DNA of 11,151 nt from Nitrospinota bacterium (GTDB taxonomy: Bacteria; Nitrospinota; Nitrospinia; Nitrospinales; VA-1). The stretch covers positions 1 to 11,151 of the forward strand of contig JAYNIA010000067.1 of NCBI GenBank assembly GCA_038108555.1, written 5' to 3'. The notes under the pieces are model-generated. The model was given only the letters and a program-made list of their open reading frames with translations. It ran no database searches and was not told where the DNA came from. This document shows positions 1 through 7,710 of this stretch, one piece after another. The position numbers and the translations under genes were made by a program. Position 1 is the first letter of the stretch. Every line of letters begins with the position of its first letter.

Positions 1-1
1 T

Positions 2-1675
2 TGCTCTTACTACTGTCATCAAGCCTCTGGAGTGGGACTTCAGCAAAGCCTGGGAACCGGGACAGCAACTGTTGACCTGGACGATCTCGATCACACGGAT
101 TTGATTTTTCTTGCGGGTGCCAACCCGGCTTCCAACCACCCCCGGTTTTTACGTATCTTAATGGACCTTCGCAGGAGAGGCGGTAAGGTTGTCGTTATCA
201 ATCCCGCCCGGGAACGCGGTTTGGAAAATTTCAGTGTTCCATCAGACCTCCGCAGCCTTTTATTTGGGTCAGATATTGCCAGTGTATACCTCCAACCCCG
301 AATCGGAGGAGATATCGCTCTCTTCACAGGTATCGCAAAAGCCATCCTGGAAATGGCAGAATCGGATTCAGCTATTCTAAGCCGTGAGTTTATTTCCAAC
401 CACACAGAAAATTTTGAGGAACTGGAAAACGATATAAAAAATATACCATGGGAAACCCTGGAATCCTCGTCAGGATTATCCAGACAGGAAATTGAGAATA
501 CTGCAAAAATTTATGCCAAAAGTAAAAATACCGTTTTTGCCTGGGCTATGGGAATCACACATCATGCCTTTGGCGTAGACAATGTTCAATCAATTGTTAA
601 TCTGGCTTTGTTACGTGGAATGGTCGGGAGAAAGCATGCGGGCTTGTTACCCCTAAGGGGCCATAGCAACGTTCAGGGAATCGGATCGGTTGGTTTTACT
701 CCACAATTGAAAAAAGCCATGCTGGAAAAACTGGAATCAAAATTTCCAGTTACAATTCCATCAGAATCCGGCCTCGACACCTTGGGATGCATGGAGGCGG
801 CGCAGGAAGGGAAGTTTGAGTTCGCGTGGAACCTGGGTGGAAATTTATATGGATCGAATCCAGATTCAGTATTTGCCAAAGAAGCCCTGTCAAAAGTCGG
901 TTTCATGCTCTATCTCAACACAACATTGAATCAGGGCCATTTTTTGGGAAGAGGAAAAACGACCCTTATCCTTCCCGTCCTCGCCCGAGACGAAGAACCC
1001 GAAGCCACCACACAGGAAAGTATGTTCAGCTTTGTTCGACTCAGCGAAGGCGGTCCATCACGCTACCCGGGTCCTAGAAGCGAAGTAAGAATTATTGCTG
1101 AAATAGCAGAAAAAGTCCTTTCCAACGATCCCTTTCCCTGGAACGAATTTGGAAAAACAGGAAATATTCGTCAACTGATTGGAGAAACAATTCCAGGCTT
1201 TGAAAAAATGAAAGAATTGGAGGAAACTGGAAAAGAATTCCATATTGGAGGCCGAATTCTCCACAATCCCGGATTTTCCACTGCTACAGGTAAAGCTTCT
1301 TTTAAAGTCTGTCCAATCCCTGCCGTTAGGGAGAATAGCCATAATGGGTTCATTTTAATGACCGTTCGATCTGAAGGCCAGTTCAATACCGTGGTTTATG
1401 ATACGGAGGACCGTTATCGGGGAATTTCCTCCAGAAATGTGGTGATGATGAACCCCAAAGATATCGAAAGGTTAAACCTTCAAGAAGGAAGCAGAGTAAC
1501 GGTAAAAAATGATACGGGTAAGATTGCGCAACAGAAGGTGGTTGCCTATCCCATTAAAACAGGAAATATTATGATGTACTACCCGGAGAGTAACCAACTG
1601 GTACCCAGGAATATTGATCCAAAATCTAAAACTCCTTCATTTAAATCTGTTGAAGTGACAGTGGAAGCGGAATGA
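2..1675 (+). CDS. FdhF/YdeP-family molybdopterin oxidoreductase (formate dehydrogenase alpha-like), 5'-truncated by the window edge
   Basis: The frame is open from position 2 (CSYYCHQASGVGL, with the Cys-His of the Mo-ligand motif), so GTG 32 is not the true start. Family motifs: GANPASNHPR, VINP, WAMGITHH, PLRGHSNVQG, and C-terminal molybdopterin-dinucleotide-binding segments LMTVRSEGQFNT and PESNQLV...SKTPSFKS. Stop TGA at 1673-1675. Confidence 0.93.
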   Translation, partial: CSYYCHQASGVGLQQSLGTGTATVDLDDLDHTDLIFLAGANPASNHPRFLRILMDLRRRGGKVVVINPARERGLENFSVPSDLRSLLFGSDIASVYLQPRIGGDIALFTGIAKAILEMAESDSAILSREFISNHTENFEELENDIKNIPWETLESSSGLSRQEIENTAKIYAKSKNTVFAWAMGITHHAFGVDNVQSIVNLALLRGMVGRKHAGLLPLRGHSNVQGIGSVGFTPQLKKAMLEKLESKFPVTIPSESGLDTLGCMEAAQEGKFEFAWNLGGNLYGSNPDSVFAKEALSKVGFMLYLNTTLNQGHFLGRGKTTLILPVLARDEEPEATTQESMFSFVRLSEGGPSRYPGPRSEVRIIAEIAEKVLSNDPFPWNEFGKTGNIRQLIGETIPGFEKMKELEETGKEFHIGGRILHNPGFSTATGKASFKVCPIPAVRENSHNGFILMTVRSEGQFNTVVYDTEDRYRGISSRNVVMMNPKDIERLNLQEGSRVTVKNDTGKIAQQKVVAYPIKTGNIMMYYPESNQLVPRNIDPKSKTPSFKSVEVTVEAE

Positions 1676-2415
1676 TGAAAAACCCAAAAGCCTACTTGAA
1701 GAAACTATCTATCAACTTAATATTGGCAGGACTTCTGTTATTTACATCCTCCCCAATATCCCTGGCTGGAGAGCCCTTTGTAAATAAGATTCGCGTAAAG
1801 GGTAATACGTTGATAGATCCACAATCTTTAAAAGATCATTTTGATCTGGGAAATGGATTAAAAATGAATCCATACATCATGGATCTGGCAGCCAGTGAAT
1901 TGAGGTCTGTTTACCGCTATCATGGCCACCCGGATGTGGATTCCTATACGGTTATGAATAAAAGGAATGGAGTTTTAACCTTAAAGGTAAATGAAGAACG
2001 GGAATATCGATATGGCGCGGCCCGGGCAGAGCTGGCGGTATATAACCTGGACTGGGACTTCAACATGAAAACCACTGAAGCTCAAAAAGATGAAGCCATA
2101 AGGAAGTTAGTTCAAGGCTATAAAAAGATCACCCTCAATGAAAAAGTGGTCACCTCTTTCCTCATTAAAGGGCAAAGAGAACGCATTGAAGAGATTCATT
2201 CCGAAGAGAAAAAAGCCATGAGGGAAAAAATTGCCCGGGCGGTTAAAGACTTTAAAGAAAGAAACCTAGCCAAGGAAAAAGAATGGGCTCTGAAACTTGA
2301 AGAAATGAAAAAGCGTGTTCGAGCTGCAAAAATGAAAAAAGAAATGGCTGAAATGAACAAACCAAAGGAAAGGGAGTTCGGAGAAATAACTCCCTTTGAA
2401 AGAAGCGCTTTTTAA
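1672..2415 (+). CDS. Secreted/periplasmic hypothetical protein with an N-terminal POTRA-like (ShlB-type) domain and a charged helical C-terminus
   Basis: ATGA overlap with the upstream stop. Basic N-terminus, hydrophobic stretch and SLA cleavage site form a signal peptide. FVNKIRVKGNTLID...LRSVYRYHGH resembles a POTRA_2 pattern. The C-terminal ~80 aa are K/E-rich and coiled-coil-like. The ORF is likely real; the domain call is tentative. Confidence 0.65.
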   Translation: MMKNPKAYLKKLSINLILAGLLLFTSSPISLAGEPFVNKIRVKGNTLIDPQSLKDHFDLGNGLKMNPYIMDLAASELRSVYRYHGHPDVDSYTVMNKRNGVLTLKVNEEREYRYGAARAELAVYNLDWDFNMKTTEAQKDEAIRKLVQGYKKITLNEKVVTSFLIKGQRERIEEIHSEEKKAMREKIARAVKDFKERNLAKEKEWALKLEEMKKRVRAAKMKKEMAEMNKPKEREFGEITPFERSAF

Positions 2416-2428
2416 ACCAAAACCTTTT

Positions 2429-2839
2429 TTATTTCAGAGCTGAAAGAAATCCTGTAATTTGTGCTCTTTTCGTCGTATCCCCATCCCTGTAAATTTCTAC
2501 AAGATTTTCAACCAGGGTCTTCAGCTTTTTGTCTTGCATTAAATATAAAAAATCTTCATACAACTGCGAAGTTTCGGTGGTTTTTTCAATATCCGGATCA
2601 TTCTTTTTATGAACCGGCCCCTTCCCTGTCAAAAGCCAAAATATATTTAGGTCTGTTTTTAAAGAAAGGTTTGCCAACCTAGTGGCTGAGGGCAGTGACT
2701 TGTCATTTTCCAGGTCCGAAAGTGATCCCTGTGACACCTGAATTTTTTCTGACAATTCCATCAGTTTGAATGGTACCGATTTTCTCCAGGCACGTAACCT
2801 TTGTCCAGTTGTTTTCCCGTTATCCGCTTCCTTAACCAT
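2429..2839 (-). CDS. XRE/Cro-C1 family helix-turn-helix transcriptional regulator
   Basis: GQRLRAWRK...LMELSEKIQVSQGSLSDLENDKSLPS...NIFWLLTGKG is a typical HTH_3 domain. A strong SD (GGAGAGGA) lies just upstream of the ATG on the minus strand. Confidence 0.9.
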   Translation of the reverse strand: MVKEADNGKTTGQRLRAWRKSVPFKLMELSEKIQVSQGSLSDLENDKSLPSATRLANLSLKTDLNIFWLLTGKGPVHKKNDPDIEKTTETSQLYEDFLYLMQDKKLKTLVENLVEIYRDGDTTKRAQITGFLSALK

Positions 2840-3072
2840 AACTCATCCTCTCCAATAATGATCTTAAAACGACCTCCGGATTAGGCACTCTGATTATCCG
2901 GCGACAGGGATCATCATAGGGATATTTTGTTAAAGAAGAATCAAGGGCAAGTTACAATTTCGTCAAGCTATCAATAAAAACAGACAGTTTTAGAAAGGTG
3001 GGGCTTCTGATAATCGATAAATACTGAAAGAATCTTGAGGAAGGTTAAAAAAGTGGAAGGAGGATTGCAGGA

Positions 3073-3768
3073 TCAGTCACTATATTCAAACCTGTATCCA
3101 ACCTCACGTACAGTTTTTATATATTTTCCTGCATCGTTTAATTTGGCTCTTAACCTTTGAATATGGGTATCAATGGTCCTTGAAAAAACTCCATCCCCAT
3201 ATTCCCAAATTTGCTCTAAAAGAAAATCGCGGGTTTTAATTTTTCCCTGGTTTTGAATCAAGTGAGCCAGAAGTTTGAACTCAGTCAAAGTTAACTCAAC
3301 CACCTCACCCTTGACTTGAACCTCATGTTTACCCAGGTCAATGGACAAAGCCCCAATCTCAAAGAGGTTCTTGGTATCTGGAGAGTTTTGGACAGGAAAA
3401 ATTCTTTTTAGTAACGCTTTGACTCTAAGAATTAATTCCCGGGCATTATAAGGTTTAGTGACATAGTCATCTGCGCCAAACTCTAAACCTAAAACACGAT
3501 CAATTTCGTCATCCCTTGCGGTTAACATAATAACGGCAAGATCGCGAGTCTGCTAATCCGAGCGAAGAGCTTTACAAACTTCCATTCCATTCAACTTGGG
3601 CATATTGACATCTAAAATAACCAAATCAGGAAGTTTTTTTCTGATAATTTCCAGAGCAACTTCTCCATCAGGAGCCGTTTCTATTTCAAAACCCTCTTTA
3701 CCCAGTTTGAGCTCTAAAGCCGCTAAAAGTTCCGGGTCATCATCAACTAAAAGAATCCGGTTGTGCAT
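3073..3768 (-). pseudogene. OmpR/PhoB-family DNA-binding response regulator interrupted by one in-frame TAG (3553-3555)
   Basis: ORFs 3553..3768 and 3073..3528 share a frame and join as ...CKALRSD*QTRDLAVIMLTARDDE..., 232 codons in total. Receiver motifs ILLVDDD, DLVILDVNMP (phosphoacceptor Asp), MLTA and GADDYVTKP are intact. Winged-helix motifs LTLTEFKLL, RTIDTHIQRLRAKL and TVREVGYRF are also intact. It could be a sequencing error rather than a true pseudogene. Confidence 0.85.
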
Positions 3769-3858
3769 GGGAATCCCAATTTCTTATTAAAATCTATCAA
3801 ACATTTTAGGCCTGCCAATATTTGGCAATATTTAAGTCATTTTTGTCAAATCAAATTA

Positions 3859-3880
3859 CAAATGTCAAGCACGACATTTG
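3859..3880. terminator. Perfect 8-bp inverted repeat; possible intrinsic terminator of ampG-esterase or an operator for the response regulator
   Basis: CAAATGTC-AAGCAC-GACATTTG begins 7 nt after the esterase stop on the minus strand and is followed by a weak T-rich tract (TAATTTGATTT). Confidence 0.4.
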
Positions 3881-3887
3881 GTTTAAA

Positions 3888-4526
3888 TCATAATATATCT
3901 TGGGCCCTGAAAAAATCAAGACAGTCTTCAACAATCCATTCAACGCATGACAATAAACCATGATCACTATCTAACTCCTTCAACATACAATAAGAACGTT
4001 CCCTCGCATAATTTCTGGACTCTTCAATGCTTACAGTTTCGTCATGCAAGCCATGGGCGATTCTTATAGGAATATTCCTATCCAGGGACTGAGATTCCCA
4101 GATTTCCGCATCTCTAAATAATTGGGTATTCAATAATACTTCCTCATTATACCGGTAATGGAAAACCGGAATAAATTCTTGCGGGGACTCAGACAAGTTC
4201 AACTTTTCACTCCAGCGGGTTAGGAAATTGAATCCAGGAGCCATAAGATATAAGGCTTTTACCTGCTCCCGAGTTTGGGCAATTAATGTGGCTAAATATC
4301 CCCCCATACTGCTTCCAATTAAACCAAATGCATTGTCCTGCATCTCATCAATGATGGATTGGACCAATAGTATCTGGCGAGATAAAGTCAAATTTTCGAA
4401 ATCGTCTTCCTGTAAATCAGGAATATGAAGGGAAATATTCAACCGTTCAAAATGTTTTTTAAAAACCCTGGCCTTATTAGAATTGGGTCCCGAAGCAAAT
4501 CCATGCAGATAAATAAATTCTGTCAT
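3888..4526 (-). CDS. YqiA/YcfP (UPF0227)-family alpha/beta hydrolase, probable esterase (212 aa)
   Basis: Start reassigned to ATG 4526 (MTEFIYLHGFASGPNSNKA), which overlaps the ampG stop as ATGA. Nucleophile elbow LIGSSMGGY, acid residue in HGLHDETV, His in DSDHGL. Confidence 0.88.
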   Translation of the reverse strand: MTEFIYLHGFASGPNSNKARVFKKHFERLNISLHIPDLQEDDFENLTLSRQILLVQSIIDEMQDNAFGLIGSSMGGYLATLIAQTREQVKALYLMAPGFNFLTRWSEKLNLSESPQEFIPVFHYRYNEEVLLNTQLFRDAEIWESQSLDRNIPIRIAHGLHDETVSIEESRNYARERSYCMLKELDSDHGLLSCVEWIVEDCLDFFRAQDIL

Positions 4527-5752
4527 TGTCCGTGGGTATGTCCATTCATGTTTACCACATCTCTCATAGTCCATAACAAAATCAGACCGGGTAAAGCGAA
4601 AAGAAAAGTGGAAAAGAAAAATGTCGACCAACCCAATTCATCTACCAGAACCCCGGACATAGGCCCTACAAAAACCCGCCCCAATGAAGCCAGGGCGGAA
4701 AGTAGGGCAAATTGGGTTGCTGTGAAATTGTGGTTACATAATGCCATTAAAAAAGCCACAAATGCCGCTGTTCCCATTCCTCCTGACAGGTTTTCAAAGG
4801 CAATGGTAAAAATCATCAGCGGATAATTTTTACCCACCAAAGCCAAAACGAAAAACGACAAATTCGATACCGCTTGCAATATTCCAAAGAACAGTAAAGA
4901 TTTAAATAAACGCAACCGGGCCATAAGCACCCCCCCAAACAGGGCACCTATGATGGTGGATGCCAATCCCATTCCCTTATTGATAGCTCCCACTTCCCCT
5001 ACCGAAAAATGGACTCCCCGAATCAGAAAGGTGGTGGTCAAACTACCTGCAAAAGCATCTCCCAGCTTGTATAAAACGATTAAAGCCAACAAAGACCACG
5101 CACCAGTGCGGGAGAAAAATTCAGCAAAAGGTCCTGCCACGGCCTCCTTCATAGAAGCTGGAGGAGTCCCGGGATCTTCCGGTTCGGGACCAAACCAAAC
5201 GGCCACCACCACCACAGACATGATCGCCGCCATTAACATATAGGTAGCTTTCCAGCCCAGATATTCCGATAATATTAAAGCCAGTGCCCCTGAAACCAAC
5301 ATGGCAATTCGATAACCGGTGACCGAAACTGCAGCACCTATCCCTCGCTCAGGCTCCTTTAGAACCTCTGTCCGGTAAGCATCTATAGCGATATCCTGTG
5401 AAGCAGATAAAAAGGTAAGGCAAAAGGCCAGGAAAGCCAGGATTCCTAAAGCATTTTGCGGAGAAGTGACACTCATTCCAAAAATGAGGCCTGTCAATGC
5501 AACCTGGCTTAGAAATATCCATCCTCGACGCCTCCCCAAAACAGGAATCACAAACCGATCCATTAGAGGCGACCACAAAAACTTTAGAGTATAGGGCAAA
5601 CCCACCAGACTGAATAACCCAATAGTCTTAATATCCACCCCCTCCACCGTAAGCCAAGCCTGTAAAGTTCCCCCGGATAACGCCAAAGGAAGGCCCGAGG
5701 AGAATCCCAGAAACAGGACGGTGACCACTCTTCCATTCAAAAAATAATTCAT
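4523..5752 (-). CDS. ampG: AmpG-family muropeptide MFS permease
   Basis: Signature segments LGFSSGLPLALSGGTLQAW, PYTLKFLWSPLMDR, GRRRGW, SASQDIAIDAYR, GYRIAML, LYKLGDAFA, ENLSGGMGTAAFVA and TATQFALLSAL. About 12 hydrophobic segments in 409 aa. Confidence 0.96.
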   Translation of the reverse strand: MNYFLNGRVVTVLFLGFSSGLPLALSGGTLQAWLTVEGVDIKTIGLFSLVGLPYTLKFLWSPLMDRFVIPVLGRRRGWIFLSQVALTGLIFGMSVTSPQNALGILAFLAFCLTFLSASQDIAIDAYRTEVLKEPERGIGAAVSVTGYRIAMLVSGALALILSEYLGWKATYMLMAAIMSVVVVAVWFGPEPEDPGTPPASMKEAVAGPFAEFFSRTGAWSLLALIVLYKLGDAFAGSLTTTFLIRGVHFSVGEVGAINKGMGLASTIIGALFGGVLMARLRLFKSLLFFGILQAVSNLSFFVLALVGKNYPLMIFTIAFENLSGGMGTAAFVAFLMALCNHNFTATQFALLSALASLGRVFVGPMSGVLVDELGWSTFFFSTFLFALPGLILLWTMRDVVNMNGHTHGQ

Positions 5753-6023
5753 ATTTTATTATTTACTTTCAACAATTTAGCAAATATTTCCTAATTTAAA
5801 ATATTAATATAATAAATATGAGTTACCCTATATAGCATTAAAGCTGAATAATTTTTTATTTATTTCATCCAAAATCTTTAGCGGATTGTTATTATAGAAG
5901 GTGAGCAACGACTCAAGACCTTTCAGCAAAATTCTATCATTATTTCAGTCTGGCAAATAGGCTATAAATTATTGTTTTTTTATAACCTTTTTCTTATTTT
6001 TGTCCGATAAACTACTGAAATAA
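5753..6023. promoter_or_regulatory. AT-rich divergent intergenic region (ampG / motB-like gene)
   Basis: 271-bp, very AT-rich non-coding gap between divergently oriented genes, expected to carry both promoters. Confidence 0.6.
5983..6010 (+). promoter_or_regulatory. Candidate sigma-28 (FliA/SigD)-type promoter
   Basis: TAACCTTT-N12-TCCGATAA compared with the consensus TAAAGTTT-N11/12-GCCGATAA gives 6/8 and 7/8 matches. It lies directly upstream of the motB-like gene. Confidence 0.4.
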
Positions 6024-7625
6024 GTGACCATTATGCAAAATTCCGAATCCATTCAAATGATCAAGGAGCAGCTCAAAATTAAGACGGTAGAGTTGCGCAA
6101 AGCCACCGAGGAAAACGGCAAGGTTACCAAAAAAGTCCGAGATCTGATTGAATTCAACAAAGACGAAACCAAAAAGTTAAAAGAAGAAATTAAAAAGGCC
6201 CAGGAAGAAGCAGAAGAACAGAGAAATGAGGCCGCAGCCGCACGCTTGGCAAAACATGCGGGTGTTGAAGCTGGTAAAAAGGAAAAGGAAGAAGAGGAAG
6301 CCATGCTGACCAAAGAGCTTGAAGAGAAGTTAAACAAAAAAATGGCCGGCAAGCTCGAAGAACTAAAAACCCGCACCAAAACCCTGAGAGATAGAATCGA
6401 AGACGAAAAAAAATCCAACAAAAAGTTCCAGAGGGAACGTGATGTTTTGATGAAAGAATTAAAACGTCTTCGAGAAGACACAGGCACGGTCGACAACCTT
6501 AAGAAAAAGGTTGAACTGCTGAAAGTCGAATTAAATAAAGCTAAAAAATCCTCCAAAGCTTCCGGTGTAGTGACAGAAGATATTGTCAAAGAGAAAGATA
6601 CCCTGATCAAAAAATACGAAGACATGCTGTACGGCGGTCTGGATGCAGGTGAAGACGGCATGCTGCCTTCGGAGATCATTCAGGAGCTTAAGGAAGAAGT
6701 AGAAGATCTTGAAAAAGAGCGGCGGACCATGATTGTCGAACTCGAAATGTTGAGGGAAGACAATGCTGAAATGGATATGAAAATCACCCTGCTAGAAGAG
6801 GAAAAAGGCCGTGGGGGTAAGGGGGGGGATGAAGGTGGATTAAGGCCGGTAGAAAGTCGCGCTGCTCAAACTGCAGAATTCTCCGCCGGGCTGGAAAACT
6901 TCCTGATCACCTATTCCGATATGATCACCCTTCTCCTGGTTATCTTTGTACTGATGTATACCGTATCAAAGCTGGACGAAAACAGGTTTGCTGAGGCTTT
7001 GTCTTCCTTTCAAACCAAAAGAATGCGCATAGAAAGCGTTAATGTACGGTTGAGCAAAGATGAACTGAAAATGCTGCAACGCGTACGAGAACTGGTTAAA
7101 GACAATGTTGATGCAGAAAGTCTTGTTCGAAGTGACACAAGAACCATTTTGCATCGATTGCCCACATCCGACCTTTTTGCACCGGGTGAAGCATTCTTTA
7201 ATGAAGGTGCGCAAGACCTGATTATCAGCACTATCCAGGAAGACATGAAAGAAGGGGTCAAACAGCTTCTTGTGGATGGACACACAGACAATGTACCCAT
7301 CAAAAGTGCCAAATTTCCATCTAACTGGGAACTTTCTGCAGCCAGGGCTTCAAAGGTTGCTCGCTTTATAATTGAAAAAATGCGATTCCCACCGGAAAGA
7401 ATGGTGGTCACCGGATATGGGGAATTCCGACCCCTTTTGGAAAATACAAATGATGACAATCGCGCCGCAAACCGTCGCGTTGAAATTAAAATTCTGAAAG
7501 CCCTTGAAGTTGCGGACAAAGAGGCGAAAGAAGCAGGTAAAGAAAAAGGAGGACAAATGGGTGGAAATATGACGGATAAAAAGACATCCGAAGCACCCAC
7601 TTCGCCCCCGGCGGCAAATAAATAA
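6024..7625 (+). CDS. motB: MotB/PomB-family stator subunit with a long N-terminal cytoplasmic coiled coil and a C-terminal OmpA-like peptidoglycan-binding domain
   Basis: TM helix FLITYSDMITLLLVIFVLMY starts at 6900, with the conserved ion-binding Asp at 6918-6920 (residue 299). Plug-like SKLDENRFAEALSSF follows. OmpA-like motifs GHTDNVP, SNWELSAARA, GYGEFRP and RAANRRVEI are present. The ~290 preceding residues are K/E-rich heptad-like sequence. The start is uncertain (GTG 6024, ATG 6033 or ATG 6057). Confidence 0.9.
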   Translation: MTIMQNSESIQMIKEQLKIKTVELRKATEENGKVTKKVRDLIEFNKDETKKLKEEIKKAQEEAEEQRNEAAAARLAKHAGVEAGKKEKEEEEAMLTKELEEKLNKKMAGKLEELKTRTKTLRDRIEDEKKSNKKFQRERDVLMKELKRLREDTGTVDNLKKKVELLKVELNKAKKSSKASGVVTEDIVKEKDTLIKKYEDMLYGGLDAGEDGMLPSEIIQELKEEVEDLEKERRTMIVELEMLREDNAEMDMKITLLEEEKGRGGKGGDEGGLRPVESRAAQTAEFSAGLENFLITYSDMITLLLVIFVLMYTVSKLDENRFAEALSSFQTKRMRIESVNVRLSKDELKMLQRVRELVKDNVDAESLVRSDTRTILHRLPTSDLFAPGEAFFNEGAQDLIISTIQEDMKEGVKQLLVDGHTDNVPIKSAKFPSNWELSAARASKVARFIIEKMRFPPERMVVTGYGEFRPLLENTNDDNRAANRRVEIKILKALEVADKEAKEAGKEKGGQMGGNMTDKKTSEAPTSPPAANK

Positions 7626-7710
7626 CAACATTTATTCTATTTGATTAAGCTCTATTTTTTTATAAAATGTAATTAAATTCATTTACCCATTTTTAAAAGG
7701 CAGGGCAAAA

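Noticed and set aside
2429..2839. Prophage repressor or toxin-antitoxin antitoxin
   Set aside because: There is no S24 peptidase domain, no adjacent toxin, and no integrase or phage gene nearby.
3553..3555. Pyrrolysine insertion or genome-wide TAG reassignment
   Set aside because: This is the only internal TAG among all genes in the window, it sits at a non-catalytic loop position, and no pyl genes are visible. Mutation or error is more parsimonious.
4527..4631. 35-aa N-terminal extension of the esterase given by the ORF track
   Set aside because: It overlaps the ampG C-terminus. Family similarity begins at MTEFIYLHGF, whose ATG forms a standard ATGA overlap.
4228..5576. ORFs 4228..4428, 4425..4826, 4950..5243 and 5349..5576, plus similar short ORFs nested in the oxidoreductase, cyclase and motA genes
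   Set aside because: They overlap well-supported genes in other frames or on the other strand and show no protein-family features.
6053..7631. Antisense ORFs 6053..6679, 6966..7283, 7010..7600 and 7350..7631
   Set aside because: Ser/Phe/Leu-rich shadows of the K/E-rich motB coding strand with no recognisable motifs.
7641..7686. Possible internal sigma-70 promoter (TTGATT-N16-TAAAAT) and CRP-like site (TGTAA-N6-TCATT) upstream of the cyclase
   Set aside because: Only 7/10 core matches to TGTGA-N6-TCACA in a very AT-rich gap, so chance matches are likely. Worth revisiting only with TSS data.
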